Shown: positions 31,371 to 40,969, counted from the stretch's first letter. The stretch is DNA of 64,000 nucleotides from an uncultured Syntrophomonadaceae bacterium (GCA_964464625.1 CAYXKD010000001.1:5594-69593), one strand, 5' to 3'. Program-made: numbers and translations. Notes: generated by a model from the letters alone, not told the origin.

Positions 31371-31916
31371 TTAAGGACCATATTCCGGTTCGATAAGGCC
31401 ATAATCACCGTCTTTCCGCCGGTAAAGAACATTCACAGTTTCACTGTCGGCATTGGCAAAAACAAAGAAATCATGTCCAAGAAGATTCATCTGCATGATA
31501 GCCTCTTCGAGATTCATCGGCTTAAGGGGGAAACTCTTTGTTTTCACTACCCGGGCTTCTGTCTCCTCTACTTCTTTCATTTCGGCAGAAAACTGTTTCT
31601 CTGTGATTGCCCGGATGCCCTGCTGGCGCAAGGACCTGCTCAGGCGGGTCTTATACTTGACCAGTTGTTTCTCCAGTTTTTCCACAACCATATCGATGGA
31701 GGCATACATATCGCCACTCGATTCTTCACCGCGTAAAATCAGGCCGTTTAAGATCACTGTTACCTCAACGATATGCTCCTCCCGGATCACACTCATCACC
31801 ACCTGAGCTTCCCTGGCCCGGTCCAGATACTTGGTAAGTTTTCTCACCTTTTTCTGCGCATAATCGATGAGCGCTTCCGTTGCTTCAATATTTTTCCCGC
31901 GGACATTGATTTCCAT
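31371..31916 (-). CDS. hpf: Ribosome hibernation promoting factor, long form
   Basis: MEINVRGKNIEATEALIDYAQKKVRKLTKYLD N-terminus and a C-terminal dimerisation domain. Confidence 0.9.
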   Translation of the reverse strand: MEINVRGKNIEATEALIDYAQKKVRKLTKYLDRAREAQVVMSVIREEHIVEVTVILNGLILRGEESSGDMYASIDMVVEKLEKQLVKYKTRLSRSLRQQGIRAITEKQFSAEMKEVEETEARVVKTKSFPLKPMNLEEAIMQMNLLGHDFFVFANADSETVNVLYRRKDGDYGLIEPEYGP

Positions 31917-31948
31917 GCTGCTCCTCCTTGTCAGCAGTTTACTATCTA

Positions 31949-31973
31949 CTATTCCCTAAGTAATAGAAAAATC
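31949..31973 (-). promoter_or_regulatory. Sigma-H-type promoter candidate for hpf (AGGATTT-N11-AGGGAAT)
   Basis: Matches the B. subtilis SigH consensus RnAGGAwWW-N11/12-RnnGAAT. yvyD/hpf is SigH/SigB-dependent in B. subtilis. Confidence 0.35.
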
Positions 31974-32001
31974 CTGCAGCGCCCCGGTGTAGGGCAACCG
32001 C

Positions 32002-32781
32002 TCAGAAAAGATGCGGTGTAAAAGCAGCAGCGGCGCCGAAAACAATCAGACCTCTTTCATGGAGCACCTTTGCCGCCTCCTGCATGGTCGAACCGGTGGA
32101 ATAGATATCGTCCACCAGCAAAACTGTCTCTCCCGGCTTTATTAATGCTCCCCTGTATGAAAAAGCGCCCTCTATATTTACTTTGCGCTGCATGTAAGAG
32201 AGACTGCTCTGGGGCGGGGAGGCCCTGGTTTTTACCAGCAGGGGCAGAAACGGTATACACAGCGACTGAGCCGTAAAACGAGCCAGCAAATAAGCCTGGT
32301 CATAACCGCGCTCAGCCAGCCTGCTCCGGTGCAGCGGCACCGGAACAGCCAGGTCCGGCATCCAGTCTGTTTGCTCCGCAATCATCCGGCCGAGCCAGTG
32401 CCCCAAGGGACGGGCCAGCCCACGCCTGCCCTCGAATTTAAAACGGTGAAGCATGCGCCGCCAGGCGCCTTCGTACCAGGAGAGAGCGAATAACCCCCGC
32501 AAAGGGATTGCATCTACAGTACAGTCACAGGGCTGTCGGAATGCACAAACATGCCCACAGCGAGGACAGATCAGTCCGGCCAGGGAAAAAAGATCATGGC
32601 AGGAACGACACAGGGGGATTCTCCGCGGCGGCGGAAGCAGCGCTTCACAGGTAAGACAACGTGGTGGAAAAAGTAGCCGCCAAAAAGATTCCGTCCAATT
32701 CCTGACCTTAAATCTTCTATTATGCGCCTGTCCCTTTGCTTCCGGCAACATCTTCACCTTCCCGGCGTAAACGGCTGCCAA
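32002..32781 (-). CDS. comFC: ComF family protein (ComFC-like phosphoribosyltransferase with an N-terminal zinc ribbon)
   Basis: CxxC...CxxC zinc ribbon and a PRTase fold (VLLVDDIYSTGST). The start is uncertain; Met at 32781 or 32751. Confidence 0.75.
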   Translation of the reverse strand: MAAVYAGKVKMLPEAKGQAHNRRFKVRNWTESFWRLLFPPRCLTCEALLPPPRRIPLCRSCHDLFSLAGLICPRCGHVCAFRQPCDCTVDAIPLRGLFALSWYEGAWRRMLHRFKFEGRRGLARPLGHWLGRMIAEQTDWMPDLAVPVPLHRSRLAERGYDQAYLLARFTAQSLCIPFLPLLVKTRASPPQSSLSYMQRKVNIEGAFSYRGALIKPGETVLLVDDIYSTGSTMQEAAKVLHERGLIVFGAAAAFTPHLF

Positions 32782-34939
32782 GATAGCTGTAGCGCTCCTC
32801 TGCGCGGTTATTGTGTACAGCGATGGCCAGAGCTTTTCTTGTTCCTATAAGAATCACCAGCTTACGTGCGCGTGTGATCCCTGTATAAATAAGGTTGCGC
32901 TGCAGCAGCAGATAATGCTGAGTGATTACAGGCATGATAATGACAGGATATTCGCTGCCCTGGCTTTTATGTACCGATATGGCGTAGGAAAGCGTCAGTT
33001 CATCAAGCTCGCTGAAATCATAAATCACAGGGCGGCTGAAATCAGCATCACTAAAGGTCACCGTCAGCTCCCCCTCCTCAAGATCGAGCTCACTGATGAG
33101 GCCTATATCACCGTTGTAAACCTCTTTCCTGTAGTTGTTCCGGATTTGCATAACCTTGTCACCACAGCGAAAGGTCATTCCGCGCACTGTCACCTCATTT
33201 TTACGCCTGTCAAAGGGATTAAGCTCCTTCTGCAGCAGTGTATTAAGCCGCTCCACCCCGGCAGCAGTGCGCCGCATGGGCGTGATCACCTGAACATCTT
33301 TAACAGGGTCAAAGGGCCCGTAATTAGGGACCCCTTCACAGCAAAGCCGCACTACTTTCTGAGCAACCAGGTCTGGGAGAGATTCGTCAATAAAGAAAAA
33401 ATCTTTATTTTTAACATTAAGATAGGGCATCGCCCCCCTGTTGATCCGGTGGGCATTTACCGTAATCATGCTTTCGCGAGCCTGCCTGAAGATATGACTC
33501 AGGCGTACAACAGGAATAGCTTCTGATTCCAGAATATCTTTAAGAACATTACCCGCTCCCACTGCAGGAAGCTGATCGGCATCGCCAACCATGATGAAGC
33601 GGCAACCCCCGGGGATAGCCCTGAGCAGTTGGTACATCAACATGAGATCAACCATGGATGATTCATCTACAATGAGCACATCGGTTTCCAGGGGGCGCTC
33701 TTCGTGACGCAGAAATCGAAAACCTTCACCCTCAGTGTAGCTATACTCGAGAAGACGATGGATCGTAGAGGCCTCCTCTCCGGTAGCCTCATTGACCCTT
33801 TTGGCAGCCCGCCCCGTGGGAGCGGCTAGCAACACCCTTTGACCCAAAGTGTGAAACAGGGAAAGAAGCGCCCTGATGGTAGTTGTTTTGCCAGTTCCAG
33901 GACCGCCCGTAACAACAAGTACGCCGTTGCTTAATGCCTGATCCAGAACCAGGCGTTGTTCTGTGGTTAGCCCGCTTTCCTTCCCTGCCACGACAGCAAG
34001 AGCCTCCCTGCATTGACGGGGTTCCCACTTCCCCGGGGCGGAGGCCAGTTTTTTTAAACGCCGGGCAACTCCCTCCTCCGCATAGAAGTAAGACGCAGCA
34101 TAAACAATTTCACCGGCACCGGTAAGCTCTCTACAGATCTTTTTATCTTTTACCAGATGTTCAAGTTGTCCGGCAACAGGTACGGCAGGAAAAACCTCAC
34201 CGGGAATGGAAATAAGTTCATTTACCCGCTCGGCGATTACTTCCCGGGGCAAATAGACATGTCCCCTACTCGCTGCATCGCTGAGGGCAAAAAGGAGCGC
34301 CGCACGAATCCGGGCCGGAGCTTCGGCTGGAAGCCCCATCCGGCGGGCAATACGATCCGCAGTTTTAAAACCGATTCCCAGCACCTCTTCAGCAAGAAGA
34401 TAAGGGTTTTCCTTAACCCGGTCAATAGCCAGGTGCCCATAATGGCGGTAAAGCCGCAGCGCCTGCCCCACCCCAATTCCATGCCCCTGTAAAAAAACGA
34501 GTACACTCTGCATCTCACGGTACTTGTCGAAACTTTCCAGGATCATCGCAGCTTTTTTAGGGCCAACACCGGGCACCTCTTGCAACCTTCCGGGCTCTTC
34601 CTCCATTACCTTCAGTGCGGTTAACCCAAAGTGTTTAACAATTGCCGCTGCTATAACAGGACCTATACCCTTGATCAGCCCGGAAGAGAGGTATCGCTTC
34701 AACCCCTCTTCTGTAACAGGTAGCACCCTTTCCCAATGTTCCACTGCCACCTGGCGTCCGTAACGATGGTGGACTTTCCATTTGCCAGACACAACGAGGC
34801 TTTCCCCTTCCTGCATGGGTGGGAAATTGCCCACAATGGTGATCACATCGCCCTTGCTGGAACGAAGCCGCCCCACCATATAAGAGCTCTCCTCATTGTA
34901 GTACCTTATTTTTTCAAGGGTTCCTTCGAGCCTCTCCAA
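32720..34939 (-). CDS. recD2: ATP-dependent RecD-like DNA helicase (RecD2)
   Basis: N-terminal OB/HhH region and SF1B helicase motifs (VVTGGPGTGKTT, DESSMVD). Confidence 0.9.
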   Translation of the reverse strand: MERLEGTLEKIRYYNEESSYMVGRLRSSKGDVITIVGNFPPMQEGESLVVSGKWKVHHRYGRQVAVEHWERVLPVTEEGLKRYLSSGLIKGIGPVIAAAIVKHFGLTALKVMEEEPGRLQEVPGVGPKKAAMILESFDKYREMQSVLVFLQGHGIGVGQALRLYRHYGHLAIDRVKENPYLLAEEVLGIGFKTADRIARRMGLPAEAPARIRAALLFALSDAASRGHVYLPREVIAERVNELISIPGEVFPAVPVAGQLEHLVKDKKICRELTGAGEIVYAASYFYAEEGVARRLKKLASAPGKWEPRQCREALAVVAGKESGLTTEQRLVLDQALSNGVLVVTGGPGTGKTTTIRALLSLFHTLGQRVLLAAPTGRAAKRVNEATGEEASTIHRLLEYSYTEGEGFRFLRHEERPLETDVLIVDESSMVDLMLMYQLLRAIPGGCRFIMVGDADQLPAVGAGNVLKDILESEAIPVVRLSHIFRQARESMITVNAHRINRGAMPYLNVKNKDFFFIDESLPDLVAQKVVRLCCEGVPNYGPFDPVKDVQVITPMRRTAAGVERLNTLLQKELNPFDRRKNEVTVRGMTFRCGDKVMQIRNNYRKEVYNGDIGLISELDLEEGELTVTFSDADFSRPVIYDFSELDELTLSYAISVHKSQGSEYPVIIMPVITQHYLLLQRNLIYTGITRARKLVILIGTRKALAIAVHNNRAEERYSYLGSRLRREGEDVAGSKGTGA

Positions 34940-35005
34940 AGCCTCCAGACAATCTCCTCCATTACCAACGGGTTAGTAAGTTTTAGTGCCAGGCACCGAA
35001 ATTCA

Positions 35006-36196
35006 CTAACGAGCGTTTTCTTTTAGCAGGTTCACCCGGTCCAGACGCTCCCAGGGCAGATCAAGATCGGGCCGGCCAAAATGGCCGTAAGCAGCAAGCT
35101 GCTGGTAAATGGGCCGGCGCAAGTCAAACTGTTCGATAATCGCTGCTGGGCGCAGATCAAAATGCTCCCGGAGAAGATCCTCGATGCGCCGCGCAGGCAC
35201 AGTTTCAGTGCCAAATGTCTCCACAAATAGAGAAACCGGCTGCGCCATCCCGATAACATAAGCAATCTGCAACTGGCACCTGCGAGCCAGTCCGGCGGCA
35301 ACAATATTTTTAGCCGCGTGACGGGCGGCATATGAAGCGGAGCGGTCGACTTTGGTGGGATCTTTCCCCGAAAATGCACCCCCGCCATGCAGTGCGCTGC
35401 CGCCATAAGTGTCAACGATAATTTTCCGACCTGTCAGGCCGGCGTCTCCCTGAGGGCCTCCCACAACAAAGCGGCCGGTAGGGTTAACCAGAAAACGGGT
35501 TTTTTCGGTAAGCAGCTCCGGAGGAATTGATTCAGCAATGACCAGCCTGATAATATCTTTTTCAATCTGCTCCAGAGAAACCTCTTCACTGTGCTGGGTT
35601 GAAATTACAACAGTATCCAGGCTCTGCGGTTTTCCATTATGATAAGCCACTGTAACCTGTGATTTGCCATCAGGCCGCAAGTAGGGAAGTATACCCTCCT
35701 TCCGAACAGCAGCCAGTCTTTGGGCCAGCTTATGGGCCAAAGATATGGGCAGCGGCATTAGCTCCTCTGTTTCATCACAGGCGTAACCGATGACCATTCC
35801 CTGATCTCCCGCGCCTATGAGATCATACCGGTCTTCAGACAGTTCATTTTTTATCTCCAAAGCCCTGTCCACCCCCAGAGCTATATCGGGAGACTGCTCA
35901 TCAATGGAGGTAACCACAGCACAGGTATCACCGTCAAAACCGTACTTGGCCCTGGTGTAGCCTATCTCTTTAACCTTGCGACGGATTAGACGGGGAATGT
36001 CAACATAACACTTCGTGGAGATCTCTCCACAGACAAATACCAGGCCTGTGGTAACCATGGTCTCGGCGGCAACCCTGGCAAATGGATCCTGCGCAATAAT
36101 CTCATCGAGAATCGCATCAGAGATCTGGTCTGCCAACTTATCCGGATGGCCCTCTGTGACTGATTCTGAAGTAAATAAAGTGAAGTTGTGATTCAT
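35006..36196 (-). CDS. metK: S-adenosylmethionine synthetase
   Basis: [24 protein letters not shown] and [16 protein letters not shown] motifs. Confidence 0.95.
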   Translation of the reverse strand: MNHNFTLFTSESVTEGHPDKLADQISDAILDEIIAQDPFARVAAETMVTTGLVFVCGEISTKCYVDIPRLIRRKVKEIGYTRAKYGFDGDTCAVVTSIDEQSPDIALGVDRALEIKNELSEDRYDLIGAGDQGMVIGYACDETEELMPLPISLAHKLAQRLAAVRKEGILPYLRPDGKSQVTVAYHNGKPQSLDTVVISTQHSEEVSLEQIEKDIIRLVIAESIPPELLTEKTRFLVNPTGRFVVGGPQGDAGLTGRKIIVDTYGGSALHGGGAFSGKDPTKVDRSASYAARHAAKNIVAAGLARRCQLQIAYVIGMAQPVSLFVETFGTETVPARRIEDLLREHFDLRPAAIIEQFDLRRPIYQQLAAYGHFGRPDLDLPWERLDRVNLLKENAR

Positions 36197-36214
36197 TCAT
36201 ACCTGCCTCCTTGT

Positions 36215-36370
36215 ATAAAATAAAAACCCCTTCGAAGAAGAGGTCTCAGGCCGCTTCTCATCTCCCAGGAGTATTTATCTCCCGCGGCAATTGGCACCGT
36301 GATTCATGCAGGAATCCGGTTGCCGGGATTCATCGGGGCCGTCCCTCCTCCACTCCTGATAAGAGCCCGG
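36215..36370 (-). ncRNA. SAM-I (S-box) riboswitch with terminator expression platform in the metK leader
   Basis: Minus strand reads CUCUUAUCAGGAGUGGAGGAGGGACGGCCCCGAUGAAUCCCGGCAACC...GGUGCCAAUUGCCGCGGGAGAUAA, then the hairpin CCUCUUC-loop-GAAGGGG followed by U5AU4. Confidence 0.85.
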
Positions 36371-36394
36371 CTTTTTTTCGGCGCCGGCAAATTA

Positions 36395-36423
36395 AATATA
36401 TACCTTTTCCATAAAAGAGTCAA
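36395..36423 (-). promoter_or_regulatory. Sigma-A promoter for the riboswitch-metK transcript (TTGACT-17-TATATT)
   Basis: Near-consensus hexamers with a 17-bp spacer about 15 nt upstream of riboswitch helix P1. Confidence 0.55.
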
Positions 36424-36705
36424 TTATAACCTGATGACCACTGTGCCAATATCTGGCGGATAAGGTTCCTCAGCAGGATCCAGGTTCAAGATGCCACGGA
36501 AAAGTTTAGCGTAACCCCGGGGCCGCTGTTGATTGCTGGCCTGACCCTGGCCAAACTGCACAGTGGAAAGGCTGCCTGGCGAGCTCCCAGTACTTTGCTG
36601 CCCACAGTCTTTGCCGCCTTACCGGCGCTCCTGGATATTATTTTCTCAGTAGAAACCTCTTCTATGGTTAAATCCAGCTGCCTGATGGGGAATTGTGGCC
36701 CTTTC

Positions 36706-37347
36706 TCAGGAAACGCTCCAGGCTTCACCAAGGGCGGCAGTGACCATACTGTCACTAACCTGGCTGAAATCGCGGTAAAACTGTCCTACCGCGGCGAAAT
36801 ATGATGGCGCCTGAAGGTAGTATATTTCATCAACTTCCCTGCCCAGACTTTCCAAAGTTTCCGGCGGACCGACAGGTACCGCCAGAATGAGCTTCTGCGG
36901 CATCTGCTCCTTAATTCCCAGCAGGGCGGCACGCAGTGTGAAACCGGTGGCCACCCCGTCATCTACCAGAATAACAAGCCTGCCGGCAATTTCAGGCTGT
37001 GGACGTTCTCCGCGATATAGCTGCAGGCGGCGTTTTATTTCAGCCTGCTCTCCCGCAGAAACACGTTCCACATATCCCGCAGGCAACTGCAGTTGCGCCG
37101 CCAGGGCTTCATTGAGCAGCAGGTAGCCTTCTCCGGTAACGGCACCTAAAGCCAGTTCCGGTTGGCCGGGCGCACCGATCTTCCGGGTAATGATCAGATC
37201 AAGGTCGCCGCCCAGGCTCCGCCAGATCGGTAGGGCCACGGAGACGCCACCCCGGGGAACCGCCAGGATTAATGGCATAGTCCCCCGGTAAGAGGACAAA
37301 CTTTTAGCAAGGAGTTCTCCGGCATGCCGGCGATCTTGCAAAAACAC
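36706..37347 (-). CDS. Phosphoribosyltransferase-family protein, type I PRTase fold
   Basis: PRPP-binding loop VILVDDGVATGFT and PRGGVSVA. 213 aa. It is the last gene of the coxD-coxE-cooC operon, 23 nt after cooC. Confidence 0.7.
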   Translation of the reverse strand: MFLQDRRHAGELLAKSLSSYRGTMPLILAVPRGGVSVALPIWRSLGGDLDLIITRKIGAPGQPELALGAVTGEGYLLLNEALAAQLQLPAGYVERVSAGEQAEIKRRLQLYRGERPQPEIAGRLVILVDDGVATGFTLRAALLGIKEQMPQKLILAVPVGPPETLESLGREVDEIYYLQAPSYFAAVGQFYRDFSQVSDSMVTAALGEAWSVS

Positions 37348-37370
37348 CGTCAGACCTCCCCAAAACCATT

Positions 37371-38126
37371 CTATAGAGACAACGAATCAAATATTTTACC
37401 CGCTGCTTTTACCGCTATGGATTCAGAAGGGAGCTCCAGCAGTGCTTTGCCGGCAAGGTCATACTCCACAACCGCAGAATCGAAGGGTATATCTCCCCAC
37501 AATTCCAGACCGGTGCGAGCAATCTCCTCAGAGAGCTGTTCCACCTCGCCATCCCTGCCCCGTGAGACGATAAGACCCATCCTGCCGATCTCAAGGCGGA
37601 GACTTTCGGCTATCTCGCGGATCCGACCAGCTGAGCGCACTCCCCTTGCCGTAGCATCACTTGTTATAAGCAGAATGTCAGACTGAGGCAAGACCCTCCG
37701 GCTTATATGCTCCATCCCTGCTTCATTATCCATGAGCAGGTAATCGTAGTTCACACTCAGTTTCTCCAGAAAACGGCGCAGCAGATCATTGGGGTAACAG
37801 TAACAACCGGGGCCCTGGGGATTCCCCATTACCAGAAGATCAAAATGCTTCGTCTCCACAAGGGACCTGTTGAGGCTATATTCAATGAAAACATTTTTTG
37901 TCATTCCGGTGGGAACACCATCGGGTTTTTTTGTTGCCTCCAGCATCGTGGCAATAGTATCCTCTACCGTTAAACCGAGAGCCTCGTTAAGGTTGGCATT
38001 GGCATCGGCATCAACGGCAAGCAGAGCCTTATCCGGATATTTCTCCTGTAAATAGCGGATCAGAAGGGCTGCCAGTGTGGTTTTCCCGGTGCCCCCTTTA
38101 CCTGCAATAGCAATTCGCACTGTCAT
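37371..38126 (-). CDS. cooC: CooC-type nickel-insertion ATPase (MinD/ParA superfamily)
   Basis: Deviant Walker A AIAGKGGTGKTT and the CooC-specific GxGCxC motif (GPGCYCYP). Confidence 0.8.
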   Translation of the reverse strand: MTVRIAIAGKGGTGKTTLAALLIRYLQEKYPDKALLAVDADANANLNEALGLTVEDTIATMLEATKKPDGVPTGMTKNVFIEYSLNRSLVETKHFDLLVMGNPQGPGCYCYPNDLLRRFLEKLSVNYDYLLMDNEAGMEHISRRVLPQSDILLITSDATARGVRSAGRIREIAESLRLEIGRMGLIVSRGRDGEVEQLSEEIARTGLELWGDIPFDSAVVEYDLAGKALLELPSESIAVKAAGKIFDSLSL

Positions 38127-39490
38127 CTTATCATCGCCTCCCGATTTAAGTATAAGGCATTGGTAAACAACCGCCCTGAGACCGCCTTTTCCAGCTGGGC
38201 GATAGTATTACAGGGCCACATCTCCACCAGTTCAGCAAATGCAACTATGGAGTTATGGCGGGACCACTGCTCCGGCGGCAACGGATTCAGCCAGATTATC
38301 CGCCGGACCCGCTCTTTCAATCTCTGCAGCTCCGGCAGCGCCGCGCTCAAATTGATAGTCCGCGTATCGCTGACTACGATGACCACCGTCCGCGGCGTGA
38401 GCAGTTCACGGTATTTACCGTTCAGCTCCGTCAAGGCGGCACCGATATTCGTGCCACCGCCCCAGGATTCACCCTGCATGACCACACGCTCCAGAAGTTG
38501 ATCCAGCCCCGCATGTTCTTTAAGAGCAGGGGTAAGGTATTCCAGACTATCAGCAAAAGCAAAAAGCTCAAGGTTTGAAACCGCCGCCTGAAGGCCGTAA
38601 ATGAATTGCAGCACAAAACTACTGTAACGCTCCATGGAAGCGGAAAGATCACCGATAAAAAGCAGCTGCAGCTTGGAGCGGCGTTTCCGTTTGTACTTCA
38701 GCAGGAAAGGCCGCCCACCATGACGCATATTCATCCTGACTGTGCGGCGAAAGTCGAGCGAACCCCGGGGAGCGCTTCTCTGGCGGCGCCGCACAAGCCT
38801 TTGAGCCAGTTGCTGAGACAGCCTGTTTATAAGCTCCTTTGCCGCCGGCAAATCGGCCTGGCTGAGCACCTGCATGTCTGAATCGCAAAGCCGCTTTTCT
38901 GACTTTCCAGCAGGCCCTGAACCGGCGCCTTCACCGGTGCAGCTTCCTGTCGATAAGCGATCCTGCCGGCTGTACCAGTAACGCAACTGCCCTTTAACCA
39001 CTGTTTCAAGAAGAGGTTTTAGGGGGGAACGTTTCTCTATTTCAGCCGCCTCGGTCTCCTGCACGAAACGGCACAGGCTCTGCCGTTCAGCTTCGGGTAA
39101 TCTGCTGTAGAGCAGCATCTCCTCGCTGGAAAGACACAAAGGCTCTCCTTTGTAGGAAAGATCGTCGGCAGCATTTTCCAACATGGTCTTCTCTTGTTCC
39201 CGTTGATGCTCCGCCTCCCGAAGCTGCCGGATCTGAGTTTCCGGAGGAACAAAGTAATTCTCGAAGGCCTCTTCAAAAACCTCAAGATCACGATAGCTCT
39301 TTACCAGGGTGGCACGAAGGGCGGCTTTGAAATCATCACGCCCGGTCAGGTCAATATGTTCAAGTGCCTGCAAAGCATCCAGCAACTCCGCTGTCCCCAG
39401 GGGAAGCCCTTCAGCCCGCAGCAGGGCGGCAAATATCGCCATATTCTCTGCATAAGAGCAGTCCGGTGCAGCATTTGGGTTCATGAACAT
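38123..39490 (-). CDS. coxE: CoxE-like VWA-domain protein
   Basis: C-terminal von Willebrand A domain with MIDAS DxSxS (IGDLSASM) and a conserved N-terminal CoxE region. Overlaps coxD and cooC. Confidence 0.8.
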   Translation of the reverse strand: MFMNPNAAPDCSYAENMAIFAALLRAEGLPLGTAELLDALQALEHIDLTGRDDFKAALRATLVKSYRDLEVFEEAFENYFVPPETQIRQLREAEHQREQEKTMLENAADDLSYKGEPLCLSSEEMLLYSRLPEAERQSLCRFVQETEAAEIEKRSPLKPLLETVVKGQLRYWYSRQDRLSTGSCTGEGAGSGPAGKSEKRLCDSDMQVLSQADLPAAKELINRLSQQLAQRLVRRRQRSAPRGSLDFRRTVRMNMRHGGRPFLLKYKRKRRSKLQLLFIGDLSASMERYSSFVLQFIYGLQAAVSNLELFAFADSLEYLTPALKEHAGLDQLLERVVMQGESWGGGTNIGAALTELNGKYRELLTPRTVVIVVSDTRTINLSAALPELQRLKERVRRIIWLNPLPPEQWSRHNSIVAFAELVEMWPCNTIAQLEKAVSGRLFTNALYLNREAMIR

Positions 39491-40389
39491 TCTTCCTCCC
39501 CGTTAAGGGGATTACGCAGCAATTGATCAATACCCCCCTTACCGATTTCCCGGTGAAACAGCAGCTGATCCTGGCGGTTTTTTAACAGCAGGTTAAGAGT
39601 ATCGGCTACCAGGGTGCCATCGAGCCTCTTTTTCCCTAAAGCCACCAGTGCCTGTGCCCAATCAAGTGTTTCGGCTATGGAAGGTTTTTTTCGCAACTCA
39701 TCCTGAGAGCGCAGGTGGCCAATCACCCGGGCAATCTCAGTTGCAAAACGCTCGCTCACCTGCGGGACCTTAGTCCGGATGATCTGCGTCTCCCTGGCTA
39801 CATCGGGAAAATCAAAGTAAAGATAAAGGCAGCGTCTTTTCAGGCCGTCGGAAAGTTCCCGCTCACTGTTGCTGGTCAAAACTACAACAGGAATGTTTTC
39901 CGCCTTCAAGGTACCCAGTTCGGGAATTGATACCTGAAAGTCGGAGAGAACCTCAAATAAAAAAGCCTCGAATTCGGGATCAGTCTTGTCAACTTCGTCA
40001 ATGAGAAGAACAACTCTTTTGGGGGAACGGATTGCTTTCAGCAGAGGCCTTTCAAGAAGATAGGAGAGGGAAAAAAGATCTTCCTCTTCAACATGCGTCC
40101 CTTCAAGGCCCCGTCCGATTTGGATTCGCAGCAGTTGCCGCTGATAATTCCACTCATAAAGCGCCTTCGTCTCATCAAGCCCCTCGTAACACTGGAGGCG
40201 TATGAGCTCCGTATCCAGAATCTCCGCCAGCACCTTCCCCATCTCGGTTTTTCCCACACCCGGAGCGCCTTCGATGAGAAAGGGCTTTTGCAGTTTTAAA
40301 GCGAGATAAACAGTTAGAATGGCGCTTTGATCAACGATATAACCGGCATTTGCAAAGCGCTGCCGCAACTGTGTCAGATCTATTTGCAC
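39481..40389 (-). CDS. coxD: MoxR-family AAA+ ATPase, CoxD-like
   Basis: Walker A GAPGVGKT and Walker B LLIDEVDK. About 300 aa, the MoxR size. GTG start after GGGAGG. Confidence 0.85.
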   Translation of the reverse strand: MQIDLTQLRQRFANAGYIVDQSAILTVYLALKLQKPFLIEGAPGVGKTEMGKVLAEILDTELIRLQCYEGLDETKALYEWNYQRQLLRIQIGRGLEGTHVEEEDLFSLSYLLERPLLKAIRSPKRVVLLIDEVDKTDPEFEAFLFEVLSDFQVSIPELGTLKAENIPVVVLTSNSERELSDGLKRRCLYLYFDFPDVARETQIIRTKVPQVSERFATEIARVIGHLRSQDELRKKPSIAETLDWAQALVALGKKRLDGTLVADTLNLLLKNRQDQLLFHREIGKGGIDQLLRNPLNGEEECS

Positions 40390-40484
40390 GATGAACCTCC
40401 CTTTTCAACGTAGTATGCCTTTGCTATCATACTATAAATCTACTTTTGCGGCAAACTAACCCATAAAATATGGGACAGCGTATA

Positions 40485-40509
40485 AAAAAAAGGCGGGATA
40501 ATCCCGCCC
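40485..40509 (-). terminator. Rho-independent terminator (GGCGGGAUUAUCCCGCC + U7) after the small Spo0E-like ORF
   Basis: Perfect 7-bp GC stem with a 3-nt loop, followed by seven U on the minus strand. Confidence 0.65.
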
Positions 40510-40535
40510 TGGTACTTTTAACTGCCGGTCCGGTG

Positions 40536-40703
40536 TTAGACTGTCGGCTGAACCAGCTGGCGTCTCTCTTTCTCCGATTCAATCTCTGCCTCGATTTCGA
40601 GAATTCTAGCGAGCACTGTCGCTCTTTCAGCACCTTTGGCAATGATATATTCCCGTAAAAGGTTCTCCCTTGTCTCCACCAGGGTCACTAAAATATCAGC
40701 CAT
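40536..40703 (-). CDS. Small helical protein, 55 aa, possibly Spo0E-like; below the 60-aa ORF cutoff
   Basis: SD AGGGAGGA 9 nt upstream of the ATG. MADILVTLVETRENLLREYIIAKGAERATVLARILEIEAEIESEKERRQLVQPTV. It has its own terminator. The SQELD signature of true Spo0E phosphatases is absent. Confidence 0.4.
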   Translation of the reverse strand: MADILVTLVETRENLLREYIIAKGAERATVLARILEIEAEIESEKERRQLVQPTV

Positions 40704-40893
40704 CTGCCGCCATCCTCCCTCATATTGATTTATCTCCTATTTTGAACAATTTAGACAAAATTATTCTTAAAACGGAGGGAGGCCCTTTGGCGATTTCCAC
40801 CGTTAATAATCGACAGAATGCTTTTTGCAGTGACAGGATTGTCTTTAATAAATAACTGAGGGCGGCGGTCTCGCAACCGCAGCCCCCCAATGT

Positions 40894-40969
40894 TGGAGCC
40901 GGCAAGAGGACTCGAACCCCCAACATGCTGATTACGATTCAGCTGCTCTGCCAATTGAGCTATGCCGGC
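40894..40969 (-). tRNA. tRNA-Thr (anticodon CGU) with encoded CCA
   Basis: Acceptor stem GCCGGCA/UGCCGGC, D-arm GCUCAAUUGGCAGAGC, anticodon stem GCUGA/UCAGC with loop AUCGUAA, T-arm GGGGGUUCGAGUCCUCU, discriminator U, then CCA. Confidence 0.85.

Noticed and set aside
36211-36414. 67-aa plus-strand ORF and the 36486-36755 (-) / 36529-36804 (+) ORFs
   Set aside because: The first overlaps the SAM-I riboswitch. The other two start inside the PRTase gene in another frame, have no SD and have arbitrary composition.
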